A DNA stretch of 64,000 bases from Candidatus Curtissbacteria bacterium RIFCSPLOWO2_12_FULL_41_16 (lineage in GTDB: Bacteria > Patescibacteriota > Microgenomatia > Curtissbacterales > GWA2-41-24). Below, piece by piece: positions 48,803 through 57,517 of the stretch. The DNA lies in contig MFBZ01000022.1 in the NCBI GenBank assembly GCA_001776545.1, forward strand, positions 14,065 to 78,064, in the 5' to 3' direction. How positions within the stretch are numbered: the first letter of the stretch is position 1; every line of letters begins with the position of its first letter. The notes beneath the pieces were generated by a model. It was not told the origin of the DNA. It searched no databases and saw only the letters and a program-made list of their open reading frames with translations. The position numbers were made by a program, and so were the translations under genes.

Positions 48803-49606
48803 ATGTCGTCAGTTGAAAGAGGTTTTATACCAATAACTGAAGCCCAAAGCGAACGAGTCCGATTCCAGGTTGGTTTACCTGATTTTGTGGACCAAGACAG
48901 GATTGGGGTGAATCTTCGTGAGATTCAGAGGCTGTGCCAAATCGGGGGAATTCACAGGCTTGTGGTTCTTGGTGTTGAAGATTTAGATACTTCCAAGACT
49001 GTGCCTCAAATACTTGGTTTTAATAGCCAAGGTTCTACCTACATGGGGAAAGCCGCCTCTAAGGCTGATGTGTCACCATCAGAAAGTTTTTCTGCACCGG
49101 GGTGGGAAGGTAAAAGTCATCCACAACAGTGGTCAGATGCACTCATTGCTGTCAATATGAACCAAGTAAGAGATAGAATTGGAAATGACAAGAGATGGAG
49201 TGAAGGAATTCGTTCTCCAAAAGCATGGTCGCATTATTTGAACAGAGGTATAAAAGATGGGATTTCAAAAGAGGGGATTGCTCAATTGCTAAACTTGAGA
49301 AATAAAGTTGATTTGGCTATTTTTGCTGCTTTTGTCGGTGCTGCTGCAACAGATGCGGTTCCGCTACCGCGGTGGTTTGACCCACACATACCGAGTGTTC
49401 GCGAGGCTATACAAGCCTACTTTACATGGTCCATAACGTGGAATGTTATAGAGAGGTTCATGGATGGCAAGAGGCCTTTCCTAAGTGATGGGAATAATAG
49501 ATACACCGCCTTCTACGGGCCTGAAGTTGATAGGGCTGTACTCCTCAAGGTTCTTACTAAAACTAGAACGCTGGTAAAGCAAATTGAAGGTCAAGCAACA
49601 CAATAA
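48803..49606 (+). CDS. Hypothetical protein
   Basis: TTGACT/TATAAT promoter 6 nt before ATG 48803; weakly hydrophobic C-terminal segments. Confidence 0.7.
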   Translation: MSSVERGFIPITEAQSERVRFQVGLPDFVDQDRIGVNLREIQRLCQIGGIHRLVVLGVEDLDTSKTVPQILGFNSQGSTYMGKAASKADVSPSESFSAPGWEGKSHPQQWSDALIAVNMNQVRDRIGNDKRWSEGIRSPKAWSHYLNRGIKDGISKEGIAQLLNLRNKVDLAIFAAFVGAAATDAVPLPRWFDPHIPSVREAIQAYFTWSITWNVIERFMDGKRPFLSDGNNRYTAFYGPEVDRAVLLKVLTKTRTLVKQIEGQATQ

Positions 49607-49619
49607 TTCCCTAAAATTG

Positions 49620-49710
49620 TATAATCTATACTCGAACGGTGACTGGTTGAAGGGCAATTTGTTCTAATTGCTTTTGGAAAAAAGTTCCAACATAGTCAAA
49701 CAGACACCGC
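49620..49710 (+). ncRNA. Candidate small structured RNA with -10 box, copy 2
   Basis: Same fold as 48657; substitutions mostly keep the pairing. Confidence 0.55.
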
Positions 49711-49805
49711 TTGTTAAAACTAAACTTTGCTTATCGCCGAGCCTGACTCGGCTTATCGCAAGTTTGTTTTTCCTCTTCAAAATCGCAAGCGATTTTGAGA
49801 TTTTT
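49711..49805. repeat. Family R1 repeat, copy 2
   Basis: CTTTGCTTATCGCCGAGCCTGACTCGGCTTATCGCAAG...CCTCTTCAAAATCGCAAGCGATTTTGAG. Confidence 0.75.
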
Positions 49806-49879
49806 ACTCTTCTCTTTTAAAATTCATTCCGGCAATTTTGATAGTTGTTTTGTGATAAACTTGTAGTTGGATAGTTTTT

Positions 49880-50455
49880 ATGCCCAAGTTTCATAAAACA
49901 GATCATCATGAGGATCATCATACGGGGAGAATTCTCTCCAAAGAAGAACTTGACGCAAAGCATGCGGCAGCACTTGAGGCCAAAGCGATTATTTCCTGGA
50001 AATCTCCGGAGAGAATTTTTAAGGCAAGATCCAAAAAGTATTTTACCAAGGTCGCTCTCTATGGGTTGATTTTTGTGCTGGCGGCAATTGCTTTTGGCGA
50101 GTTTTTCCTGGTAGGGGTAATTATTGCGGTGGTTTTTGTGGTTTATGTTTTGGCGACGGTTGCGCCACACGTTATCGAGCATAAGATTACCAATATGGGC
50201 ATTATCTCCGGGGGACGGGCGTTTTTGTGGGAAGAGCTGGACTCTTTTTGGTTTGATAAGCGCGGCGATGACAGGCTTTTGGTGGTTGCGACTAATTTAC
50301 ATTTCCCGACTCGCTTGATTATTCTGTTAACGACTGTTTCCGAGCGGACACTCCTAGATATTTTGGAAAAACATATCCATTTTCATCATGGCCCGGTGCA
50401 CACGCTTTTTGACAAATGGGCCAATTCGCTACAGAAGAGAATTAACCTCGAGTAA
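49880..50455 (+). CDS. 2-TM membrane protein (DUF5673/PH-like)
   Basis: SWKSPER.FK.RS, HKITNMGI...FLWEELDSFWF. Confidence 0.65.
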   Translation: MPKFHKTDHHEDHHTGRILSKEELDAKHAAALEAKAIISWKSPERIFKARSKKYFTKVALYGLIFVLAAIAFGEFFLVGVIIAVVFVVYVLATVAPHVIEHKITNMGIISGGRAFLWEELDSFWFDKRGDDRLLVVATNLHFPTRLIILLTTVSERTLLDILEKHIHFHHGPVHTLFDKWANSLQKRINLE

Positions 50456-50617
50456 AAATTCAATTGTTAAATTGTTTCATTGTTGAATTGTTAGACTGTT
50501 TTGAGTATCTAGTTCCCTTGTAGTAAAATTCCACTGGGTGCTTGTAGTTTCCGCCAGAGGCGGATCAGCCCATGGGTTCTGAGATCCTCAGGATCGAATG
50601 ACCTTTGGCTGACATTT

Positions 50618-50691
50618 GTCCCTGTAGTTCAATTGGACAGAACGCTTCCCTGCGAAGGAAGAGATTGGCCGTTCGAGTCGGCCCAGGGACA
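50618..50691 (+). tRNA. tRNA-Arg(GCG)
   Basis: GTCCCTG acceptor, CTTCC-CTGCGAA-GGAAG anticodon arm, GTTCGAGTC. Confidence 0.9.
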
Positions 50692-50850
50692 CAATTGGAA
50701 AGGAAGGTTTTATCCCGACGAAATCTTCTGCAAATTCTATTCGATTAAGAAGAAAAAATGATGTTAAGAATTTTTTTGAAATTATAGGGAGTAGTAACCC
50801 GAAACATTTAGATAAATTTAAACGATTCATGTAAAATATACGGGTATTAC

Positions 50851-50941
50851 GGAGGAGTACCCAAGAGGTCGTACGGGCACCGTCTCGAAAACGGTTGGGG
50901 CCGCAAGGCTCACGTGGGTTCGAATCCCACCTCCTCCGCCA
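50851..50941 (+). tRNA. tRNA-Ser(CGA)
   Basis: ACCGT-CTCGAAA-ACGGT, long variable arm, encoded CCA. Confidence 0.93.
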
Positions 50942-51019
50942 CGTAATAGATTGCTTGAGCAATTTAAACGTGGCTGGGACGTTAAATTTTATAGAATAAA
51001 ATTTAACGTCTCGCCTAAG

Positions 51020-51062
51020 ATGTATTATGTTTACATACTCCAAAGTCAGAAAAATAGCATTT
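51020..51062 (+). pseudogene. N-terminal fragment of a GIY-YIG nuclease, truncated at the IS end
   Basis: ATGTATTATGTTTACATACTCCAAAGTCAGAAAAAT = MYYVYILQSQKN. Confidence 0.6.
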
Positions 51063-52249
51063 TGTCAAGTACCCCTTTTAGTAGACAATCATTCTTCGTC
51101 TAGGTTTGCGTTTCTTTAAGCCTGTATTGTTCCGGTGACATTTTCAGTCTTGTATGGATTCTTGCCCTGTTGTAGTAGTTGATTGTTAAATGGATTGCCG
51201 CAATGAACTCACCAAGCGTATCGAATCTGTTAAACTCAAGACCTAAATCAGTCTTAAAGTTGTTGTAGAAAGACTCCTGAAAACCATTTTCCCAAGGTGA
51301 TGATTTGGCGCTCATGGATATTTGAATACCCAGTGAATTAAGGAACTTCGTGTACTCTTTTGATGTGTACTCTGATCCTTGATCGGTATGGATAATTCTG
51401 GGCAAGCTGCCCAGCGTCTTTATCGCATCTACAATCGCCTCAATTACCATTTCTTTAGTATGTCTTGCGGCAACAAACCAACCCACAATTTCCCTGGTTA
51501 CCAGATCCATATATGTTGCCAGGTATACTACCTTTGAAAAGTAGATCATGTGGGTAAAATCTCCAACCAAGACTGTACCGGGTATAATCGGGCAGGTACC
51601 TTTGATTAGGTTTTGATATGGCGCTGGAGCTTTTTTCAAATCCCTTCTTTTCGTCCATCTGGCCTTCCTTTTGTATGGCTTTATGTTATACAGCTTCATT
51701 ACTCGACTCGCCTTACCCTTTTCTTGCCAAGGGAAAGGGCAAGAGCTATTCTTCTGTGGCCATAAGCGGGATTGAGAGCCAAAGTTGATAGAATCTGCTC
51801 CCTTAAAAGTTCATCCTGACGGATTCTGGCTTGGCTATTGGTTTTATATGTTGTTGATCTGGATATTTTAAGAAGACGGCAGAGGAAGGTATGACCAAGG
51901 CTTTTGACCTTAGACTGGATTAAAGCGAGGATTTCCCTTCTTTTTTTTTGACTTCTCAAGTTCAAAGGTTAATACTCCAATGATCTGTTTGAGCTGCGAG
52001 TTTTCATTTTTTAGCCTGTTATACTCAAGGAGGCTGATTGTACCCATGGCTTTTCGAGATAGCCAGGTGTAGATGGTTTTCTCGCTGACTCCATACTGGG
52101 CAGCAACTGCTGCTACTTTCTCGCCGCTCTTTACTTTTGTAAGTATTTCGGCCTTAACTTCGGGATTAACCGGTTTAAACATTTATTTCACCTCCCAATT
52201 GAAGTATATTTTATGAAGAACTACTGTCTATTTTAAGGGGTACCTGTCG
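51063..52249 (-). mobile_element. IS3-family insertion sequence, probably inactive
   Basis: Imperfect 25-bp IRs (51063-51087, 52225-52249); orfA HTH 51910-52182 with A-AAA-AAG slip site; orfB DDE (GDFTH, HTDQGSEY, ENGFQESF) split by a CGAGT duplication at 51701-51710. Confidence 0.9.
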
Positions 52250-52253
52250 TTTG

Positions 52254-52520
52254 TTAGTTTAACCCTACGCCTTTCTCGATATACTTTTGAATGAGGTGTT
52301 GATATGGAACATGTAGCTTACCTGCTTCTACTTTTACTTTAAGAAGTAACTGTTCTGGAAGCCTTATTGAAATTAGCCGCTTGGTTTTCTTAAGGCTTGG
52401 AAAGACCATGCCTCTTTTGAAATCTGATGGTTCAAAGTACTGCGACAGGTCAAGATTAGCCCAAAATTCTGCTTCCTCTTCCTCACTTTTGAACTTTGGT
52501 ACGACGAGTTGTTTTTTCAT
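52254..52520 (-). CDS. BrnA/CopG-like antitoxin
   Basis: PKFKSEEEEAEFW..LDL, ISIRLP...VPYQHLI. Confidence 0.85.
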   Translation of the reverse strand: MKKQLVVPKFKSEEEEAEFWANLDLSQYFEPSDFKRGMVFPSLKKTKRLISIRLPEQLLLKVKVEAGKLHVPYQHLIQKYIEKGVGLN

Positions 52521-52797
52521 ATAAATTCACCTCCTTTTTATTGATGTCGCGCGAAGAAATAATTCTAATTTTGTCTCCTCTTCTGGTAAAAATCTGGTAC
52601 AGCAATCTTCTATTTTGCGTTTTCCCGATGATAATGAAACGTTTTTCTATTGTTGAGTGCCTAATATCTTCATCAAGGGCATTGTCTGTATCAAAGAATA
52701 CCTGTTCTGCTTCCTCTGGTGTAACATTATGACGTGCGATATGAGCTATATTCGCTTCATCCCATTCAAACCCTGCAACATCATCAAGTAAGCTCAT
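52483..52797 (-). CDS. BrnT ribonuclease toxin
   Basis: FEWDEANIAHIARHNVT.EEAEQVF, EKRFIIIG, IRIISSR. Confidence 0.9.
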   Translation of the reverse strand: MSLLDDVAGFEWDEANIAHIARHNVTPEEAEQVFFDTDNALDEDIRHSTIEKRFIIIGKTQNRRLLYQIFTRRGDKIRIISSRDINKKEVNLYEKTTRRTKVQK

Positions 52798-52899
52798 TAC
52801 TGTATATACAATATATGTATATATTACTATAATGTTCAGTATTTTGTCAATGATCCGCAACCAGCAGTAAGTAAGAAGAAATGAGACACCCTTTTTTAC

Positions 52900-53023
52900 A
52901 GTGTCACATTTGTTCCATTTAGCCTCGCACGTGAGACACCATGTTCTGAAGATTTGATACAATACGATGGTTAGGAGTAGTGGGGACTATAGGAGCGCTG
53001 GGCTCCAGACCCACGTGCTCCGC
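52900..53023 (+). repeat. Family R2 repeat, copy 2
   Basis: AGTGTCACATTTGTTCCATTTAGCCTCG..TGAGACAC..GATTTGATACAATAC..GACTATAGGAGCGCTGGGCTCCAGACCCACGTGCTCCGC. Confidence 0.75.
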
Positions 53024-53119
53024 TCGTCGAAACAAAGCTTTGCTTGTCGCCGAGTCTGACTCGGCTTAGCGCAAGCTTGTTTCTCCTCTTCAAAATTGCT
53101 TCGCAATTTTGAGATTTTT
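53024..53119. repeat. Family R1 repeat, copy 3
   Basis: TCGTCGAAACAAAGCTTTGCTTGTCGCCGAGTCTGACTCGGCTTAGCGCAAGCTTGTTTCTCCTCTTCAAAATTGC..GCAATTTTGAG. Confidence 0.75.
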
Positions 53120-53179
53120 CTTGTTTCGTAGAATTTTCCTAAATCTGGTAAAATCCCATTGTGCCGATTAAGCGGATTT

Positions 53180-53581
53180 TTAGCTCTCAAGGCGTTTGAT
53201 TTGAGAAAATTTGTCAAAATCGTGATCAAAAGAATAGATTTCTTTGATTTTTTTCTTCTGCATTAAAGCGATATGGTAAGCATCGATAAAACTGATGTTT
53301 TGTTCCATGTAGAAAGTAAAAATTCCCGGAAGTAGTTTGTAATTTTCTATGATAATGTTTGGAATTTGTCCAATAGCAATCATTTTATCAGTTATCTCTT
53401 TTTTGGGAAGTTTGTAAGATCTTTCTAAAGTAAAGATTACCTCCGAAAGCGTTAAAAGACTGATGAAGACTTTATTTTTTTCTTGCTCGATCTTTTTAAA
53501 GATTGTTTTAGTCTTGGATGAAAGTATAGGGTCATCGTCCAAAATAAATCGGAGAATAATATTAGTATCAAGAAGAATCAT
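53180..53581 (-). CDS. VapC PIN-domain toxin
   Basis: LLDTNIILR, SEVIFTL, SFIDAY, IYSFDHDF. Confidence 0.9.
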   Translation of the reverse strand: MILLDTNIILRFILDDDPILSSKTKTIFKKIEQEKNKVFISLLTLSEVIFTLERSYKLPKKEITDKMIAIGQIPNIIIENYKLLPGIFTFYMEQNISFIDAYHIALMQKKKIKEIYSFDHDFDKFSQIKRLES

Positions 53582-53901
53582 CGATTAGTTTTTGAAAGAG
53601 TTCCAAGCTGACGGAGTATTTTACGGTCTCTTTCAACGGCTGCTTTTGGCCACGCCTGTTCTTCCCATTTGATCAATTTTTGACCAGTAAGTTTCGGTTT
53701 AATTTTAGGTTTTAGCGAGCCGTAGAGGGACATTATTGAGAAACGTTTGGCGGTTTTCACTTTAACCTCTTTCTTTTTAGTGACAATGAATCTTACTTGA
53801 TCGCCACGTTTCAAGCCGAGCACTTTGCGTACTTGGGCCGGAATAGTTACTTGGCCTTTTTGAGTTATAGTCGTAGGTTGTACTTGCATGGTAATACCCA
53901 A
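53578..53901 (-). CDS. AbrB/MazE-type antitoxin
   Basis: TITQKGQVTIPAQVRKVLGLKRGDQV. Confidence 0.9.
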   Translation of the reverse strand: MGITMQVQPTTITQKGQVTIPAQVRKVLGLKRGDQVRFIVTKKKEVKVKTAKRFSIMSLYGSLKPKIKPKLTGQKLIKWEEQAWPKAAVERDRKILRQLGTLSKTNR

Positions 53902-53963
53902 ATTTTAGTATTACTAATGCTGATTGTCAATAGACCTTCTAAATCTGTTAAAATTTGCCTGTC

Positions 53964-54518
53964 ATGGCGATTAAGAGGATTTTTAGTGCTGGAGGAATTG
54001 TTATCAGACCCTTAGGCTACGATCCCGTTTCGAAATTTGACGAAACGGGATCGGGAAAAGAGGCTGAAAAGTGGGAGGTTTTGGTGACTCAGCATTCCAA
54101 ACATAAAGGCTGGGATTTTCCCAAAGGCCATCGGGAAATTTATGAATCGGAGGAGCAAACGGCTCTGCGGGAGGTTGAGGAAGAAGCTGGTGTTAAGGCG
54201 GAAATTATCGAGAGGGTTGGCCAAACGCAGTATTTCTACTGGGAAACGGAAGAGCCCGTCTTCGCCCCTTCGACCCTTCGGTTATACTCAGGGCCATTGG
54301 CTTCGCTCAGGGCTACGGTGGGGAAAGAAAAGGTATTAAAAACTGTTGCTTATTATTTGATGAAGTACGTTGGAGAAGGAGAAGCTACAACTGCTTTTGA
54401 GGTTAGTGCTAAAGTTTGGCTACCAATTGATAAGGTTGAGGAGAAATTGACATTTAAGGATACCAAGGAATTGTGGGAGAAGGCGAAAATCAAGATAGAA
54501 GCGATCAGTGACAAGTGA
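53964..54518 (+). CDS. NUDIX hydrolase (Ap4A-hydrolase-like) with two palindromic in-frame insertions
   Basis: SAGGIV, WDFPKGH..E..EQTALREVEEEAG. Confidence 0.88.
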   Translation: MAIKRIFSAGGIVIRPLGYDPVSKFDETGSGKEAEKWEVLVTQHSKHKGWDFPKGHREIYESEEQTALREVEEEAGVKAEIIERVGQTQYFYWETEEPVFAPSTLRLYSGPLASLRATVGKEKVLKTVAYYLMKYVGEGEATTAFEVSAKVWLPIDKVEEKLTFKDTKELWEKAKIKIEAISDK

Positions 54519-54579
54519 CAAGTTATAAATTAGAGAGAAGCTCCTTGGGAATATAGTCTTCTGGTATAATTTTGGCGCT

Positions 54580-54669
54580 GGAGAGGTCGCATAGTGGACT
54601 AGTGCGCAGACCTGGAAAGTCTGTATACTCGCAAGGGTATCGAGGGTTCGAATCCCTCCCTCTCCGCCA
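54580..54669 (+). tRNA. tRNA-Ser(GGA)
   Basis: CAGAC-CTGGAAA-GTCTG, long variable arm, CCA; TATAAT upstream. Confidence 0.94.
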
Positions 54670-54761
54670 TCCTTCGCCAAGTCGCCGACGCTCCATAGCT
54701 TTGGCGACGGAGCGGCTATAGGGGTGGCTATGCTGGTGGATTGGAAAGAAGTAAGAAATTC

Positions 54762-54834
54762 GCGCCCATAGTTCAATGGACAGAACGTTAGGTTCCGGAC
54801 CTAGAGGCTAGAGGTTCGAGTCCTCTTGGGCGCA
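54762..54834 (+). tRNA. tRNA-Arg(CCG)
   Basis: GCGCCCA acceptor, TTAGG-TTCCGGA-CCTAG, GTTCGAGTC. Confidence 0.92.
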
Positions 54835-54839
54835 CACTG

Positions 54840-55619
54840 ATGGAAAGGCAAGAGCCTGAGGTACCAATGATTGTCAAAAAGCGCTGGTTTTTAGATTTTA
54901 AGCCAGAAGAAATTGAGATAATCCGGCAAAATCGAGAAACTGTGGTGGTTGTTGATCTTTGGGCGGCAACAACCAACATTGTTTTGATGCTTGCCAAAAA
55001 ACCTCAAAGATTGATTTTAGTCAGCGACGATAAATTTCCGGAAGCCGAAAAAGTTTATCCCCAGTCAGTTCTAATTGGTCAGAGCAAGGTCATCCCCGAG
55101 GAAAAGTTTGCTTCCTCATCTAATAAATCTTCGGATGTGGATAAGGTGGATATTGCGGGAAAAGTAGTCTTATATGTGACGTTTAACGGGACACGAGTTT
55201 TGGAGGCATTTTCCAGTAATGAGAAGGGGTTAATCTTTGCGGGGTCGATGACAAATCTTGAGGCGCTTGTCTTACGACTGAGGGGTTTGAGCCCCAGTAA
55301 GGTAAATGTTGTGGCGTCTGGAAATTTGACCGGTGAAATGGGGGGTGTGGTTTTTATCGAAGATTTTCTTGGAGCGGAGATTATTGAAAAGAAGCTGAAA
55401 GGTCAGGAGCTTGATTTTCAGGCGGCTGCCGAAATGATGAAGCAGGAGATGCTAAAGTATTACCCAGCTGATTTAGAAGAAGCAGAAGACAAAGTTTGGC
55501 CCTACATTTTTGGGCAACAGACCAACATTTTGCCGACAGCTTTTATCAATAACGAGGGTTTTGTGGAGGCGGTTCGACCCTTCGGTTATACTCAGGGCCA
55601 TTGGCTTCGTTCAGGATAA
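54840..55619 (+). CDS. 2-phosphosulfolactate phosphatase (ComB)-like protein
   Basis: VVVVDLWAATT, YVTFNGTR, AGSMTN, IEDFLGA. Confidence 0.7.
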   Translation: MERQEPEVPMIVKKRWFLDFKPEEIEIIRQNRETVVVVDLWAATTNIVLMLAKKPQRLILVSDDKFPEAEKVYPQSVLIGQSKVIPEEKFASSSNKSSDVDKVDIAGKVVLYVTFNGTRVLEAFSSNEKGLIFAGSMTNLEALVLRLRGLSPSKVNVVASGNLTGEMGGVVFIEDFLGAEIIEKKLKGQELDFQAAAEMMKQEMLKYYPADLEEAEDKVWPYIFGQQTNILPTAFINNEGFVEAVRPFGYTQGHWLRSG

Positions 55620-55625
55620 ATTGTT

Positions 55626-57506
55626 ATGGATCAGAAGGACGAGGTTAAAAGTAAGGTTGATTTGGTTGAAGTTATTGCTTCATATATTCCCCTAAAAAAA
55701 ATGGGCAGGAATTTTGCCGGACTTTGCCCGTTTCATTCCGAGAAGACCCCCTCGTTTATGGTTTCTGCCGAAAGGCAGGCTTTTAAATGTTTTGGGTGTA
55801 ACGAGTCAGGTGACGTCTATACTTTTTTAGAAAAAATGGAAGGATGGGATTTTCGGGAAGCCCTGGAGGAGATGGCCAAGAAGGCAGGAGTTGTGCTTGC
55901 CGACTTTAAACCGAGCGGAGTCCAAAAAAATAAGGAAAAGTTAATTGAGATAAATAAGAAAGCCCTGCAATTTTACAAATATTTATTAAATAAACATCCG
56001 ATAGGCGAGACGGCAAGAAAATACCTTATTAGCCGTGGAGTGACCCAAGAGTTTTGGGAGAAATTTGATTTGGGGTATGCTCCGGCTGGCTGGGAAAATC
56101 TTTCCAAATTTTTAAAAAAAAGAGGGTACGACCTTGCGGATATGGCAACAGCAGGGCTTATGATTGCCCGCCTGATGGTGCCTCGAGTGCAGGCGAGCGG
56201 CGGGCAGGGAAGAGACACAAAAGGACCCGGCTTTTCGGAAGGCGGGTATTATGACAGGTTTCGTAATCGGATTATTTTTCCCCTCAAAGACGGGCGGGGT
56301 ACGGTCCTGGGATTTTCGGGCAGGACTATCGATGACGCACAGAAAGAGGCCCCACTTCGCTCAAAGAGTTTCGAGGGGCAAGCAAAGTACATTAATTCTC
56401 CAGAGACGTCTATTTATAACAAGGGTTCGTTGCTTTTTGGTTTGGACGTGGCAAGAGGCGCAATTCGAGACAAGAAAGAAACTGTTTTGGTTGAAGGCGA
56501 ATTTGACGTGATTTCGGCACATAAGGCAGGCGTTTTTAATGTAGTGGCATCTAAAGGGACGGCCCTGACAGAAAGGCAAGTTGTAATCCTTTCGCGGCTT
56601 GCAGAGAAGGTGGTACTTTGTTTTGATACAGATTTGGCGGGAGACGCAGCAGCCAGGCGAGGCATTGAGCTATTGGATCTTGCGGGTCTTGATATTTGTG
56701 TGGTTAGACTTGGAAAGCATAAAGATCCTGACGATTTTGCCCAAAAGGATCCTGCCGGTTTTAAAAAGGCAATAAGTAATGCTTTGAATGTTTATGATTA
56801 TTTTCTTGAATCGGCAACGGCAAGATATGATCCGAAAACGGCAGACGGCAAAAAGAAAATAGGTCAGGAAATTCTACCTGTTCTTGCAAGAATTTCAGAT
56901 GATTTGGTAAGGGCTCATTATACGGATAAGCTCGCGAGGGTTTTGGATTTGGAAGTGACTCTGGTCGCGGCAGCAGTTGACAAAAAAATGGGCAGTCTTT
57001 TTACAACTTTGCAAACAGGGGGAGTTGGAGCGTCCGTCAAAAGCAAGTTAAGCCTTGAGGAATATTTTTTGGCCCTTTTTATTTCACAAGACGAAATAGT
57101 GACTAGTTTTGTGGTTGATGTTAAACCTGGCGATTTTGAAAATGAAAAGGCGGCAAGTTTTTGGAAATGGCTTCGTGATATAATCAGGGCTTCCCAAGCG
57201 CGGACAGGCCATCGTTTGGGCGAAAAGCCCAAAAGTTTAAAAAGGTTACTAGAAAAGCTACCTGGCGATTTGGGAAGTTTTGTTGACCATCTTTATCTTG
57301 CAAATATAAGTCCTGCTTTTGGCGAAAAGGAATTTTGGGCTCAGGAAGTGGCTAAAATTGCTCAAAGAATTAAGAAAGAATCTTTAAAGCGGCAACTTTT
57401 TGAAGTGTCACGGCGTTTAAAAACGGCCCAAGCTGAAAAGAACATGCGCAAGATGACGATTTTGACAAAAAGATTTGATCAGATAGCAAAATATCTTAAA
57501 TCTTAA
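55626..57506 (+). CDS. dnaG: DNA primase
   Basis: [48 protein letters not shown]. Confidence 0.98.
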   Translation: MDQKDEVKSKVDLVEVIASYIPLKKMGRNFAGLCPFHSEKTPSFMVSAERQAFKCFGCNESGDVYTFLEKMEGWDFREALEEMAKKAGVVLADFKPSGVQKNKEKLIEINKKALQFYKYLLNKHPIGETARKYLISRGVTQEFWEKFDLGYAPAGWENLSKFLKKRGYDLADMATAGLMIARLMVPRVQASGGQGRDTKGPGFSEGGYYDRFRNRIIFPLKDGRGTVLGFSGRTIDDAQKEAPLRSKSFEGQAKYINSPETSIYNKGSLLFGLDVARGAIRDKKETVLVEGEFDVISAHKAGVFNVVASKGTALTERQVVILSRLAEKVVLCFDTDLAGDAAARRGIELLDLAGLDICVVRLGKHKDPDDFAQKDPAGFKKAISNALNVYDYFLESATARYDPKTADGKKKIGQEILPVLARISDDLVRAHYTDKLARVLDLEVTLVAAAVDKKMGSLFTTLQTGGVGASVKSKLSLEEYFLALFISQDEIVTSFVVDVKPGDFENEKAASFWKWLRDIIRASQARTGHRLGEKPKSLKRLLEKLPGDLGSFVDHLYLANISPAFGEKEFWAQEVAKIAQRIKKESLKRQLFEVSRRLKTAQAEKNMRKMTILTKRFDQIAKYLKS

Positions 57507-57517
57507 GGAGGTCAGTC

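Noticed and set aside
50588-51043. 151-aa minus-strand ORF (likewise 42767-43075 and 54420-54776)
   Set aside because: Antisense translations of tRNA genes (WDSNP, GIRT signatures)
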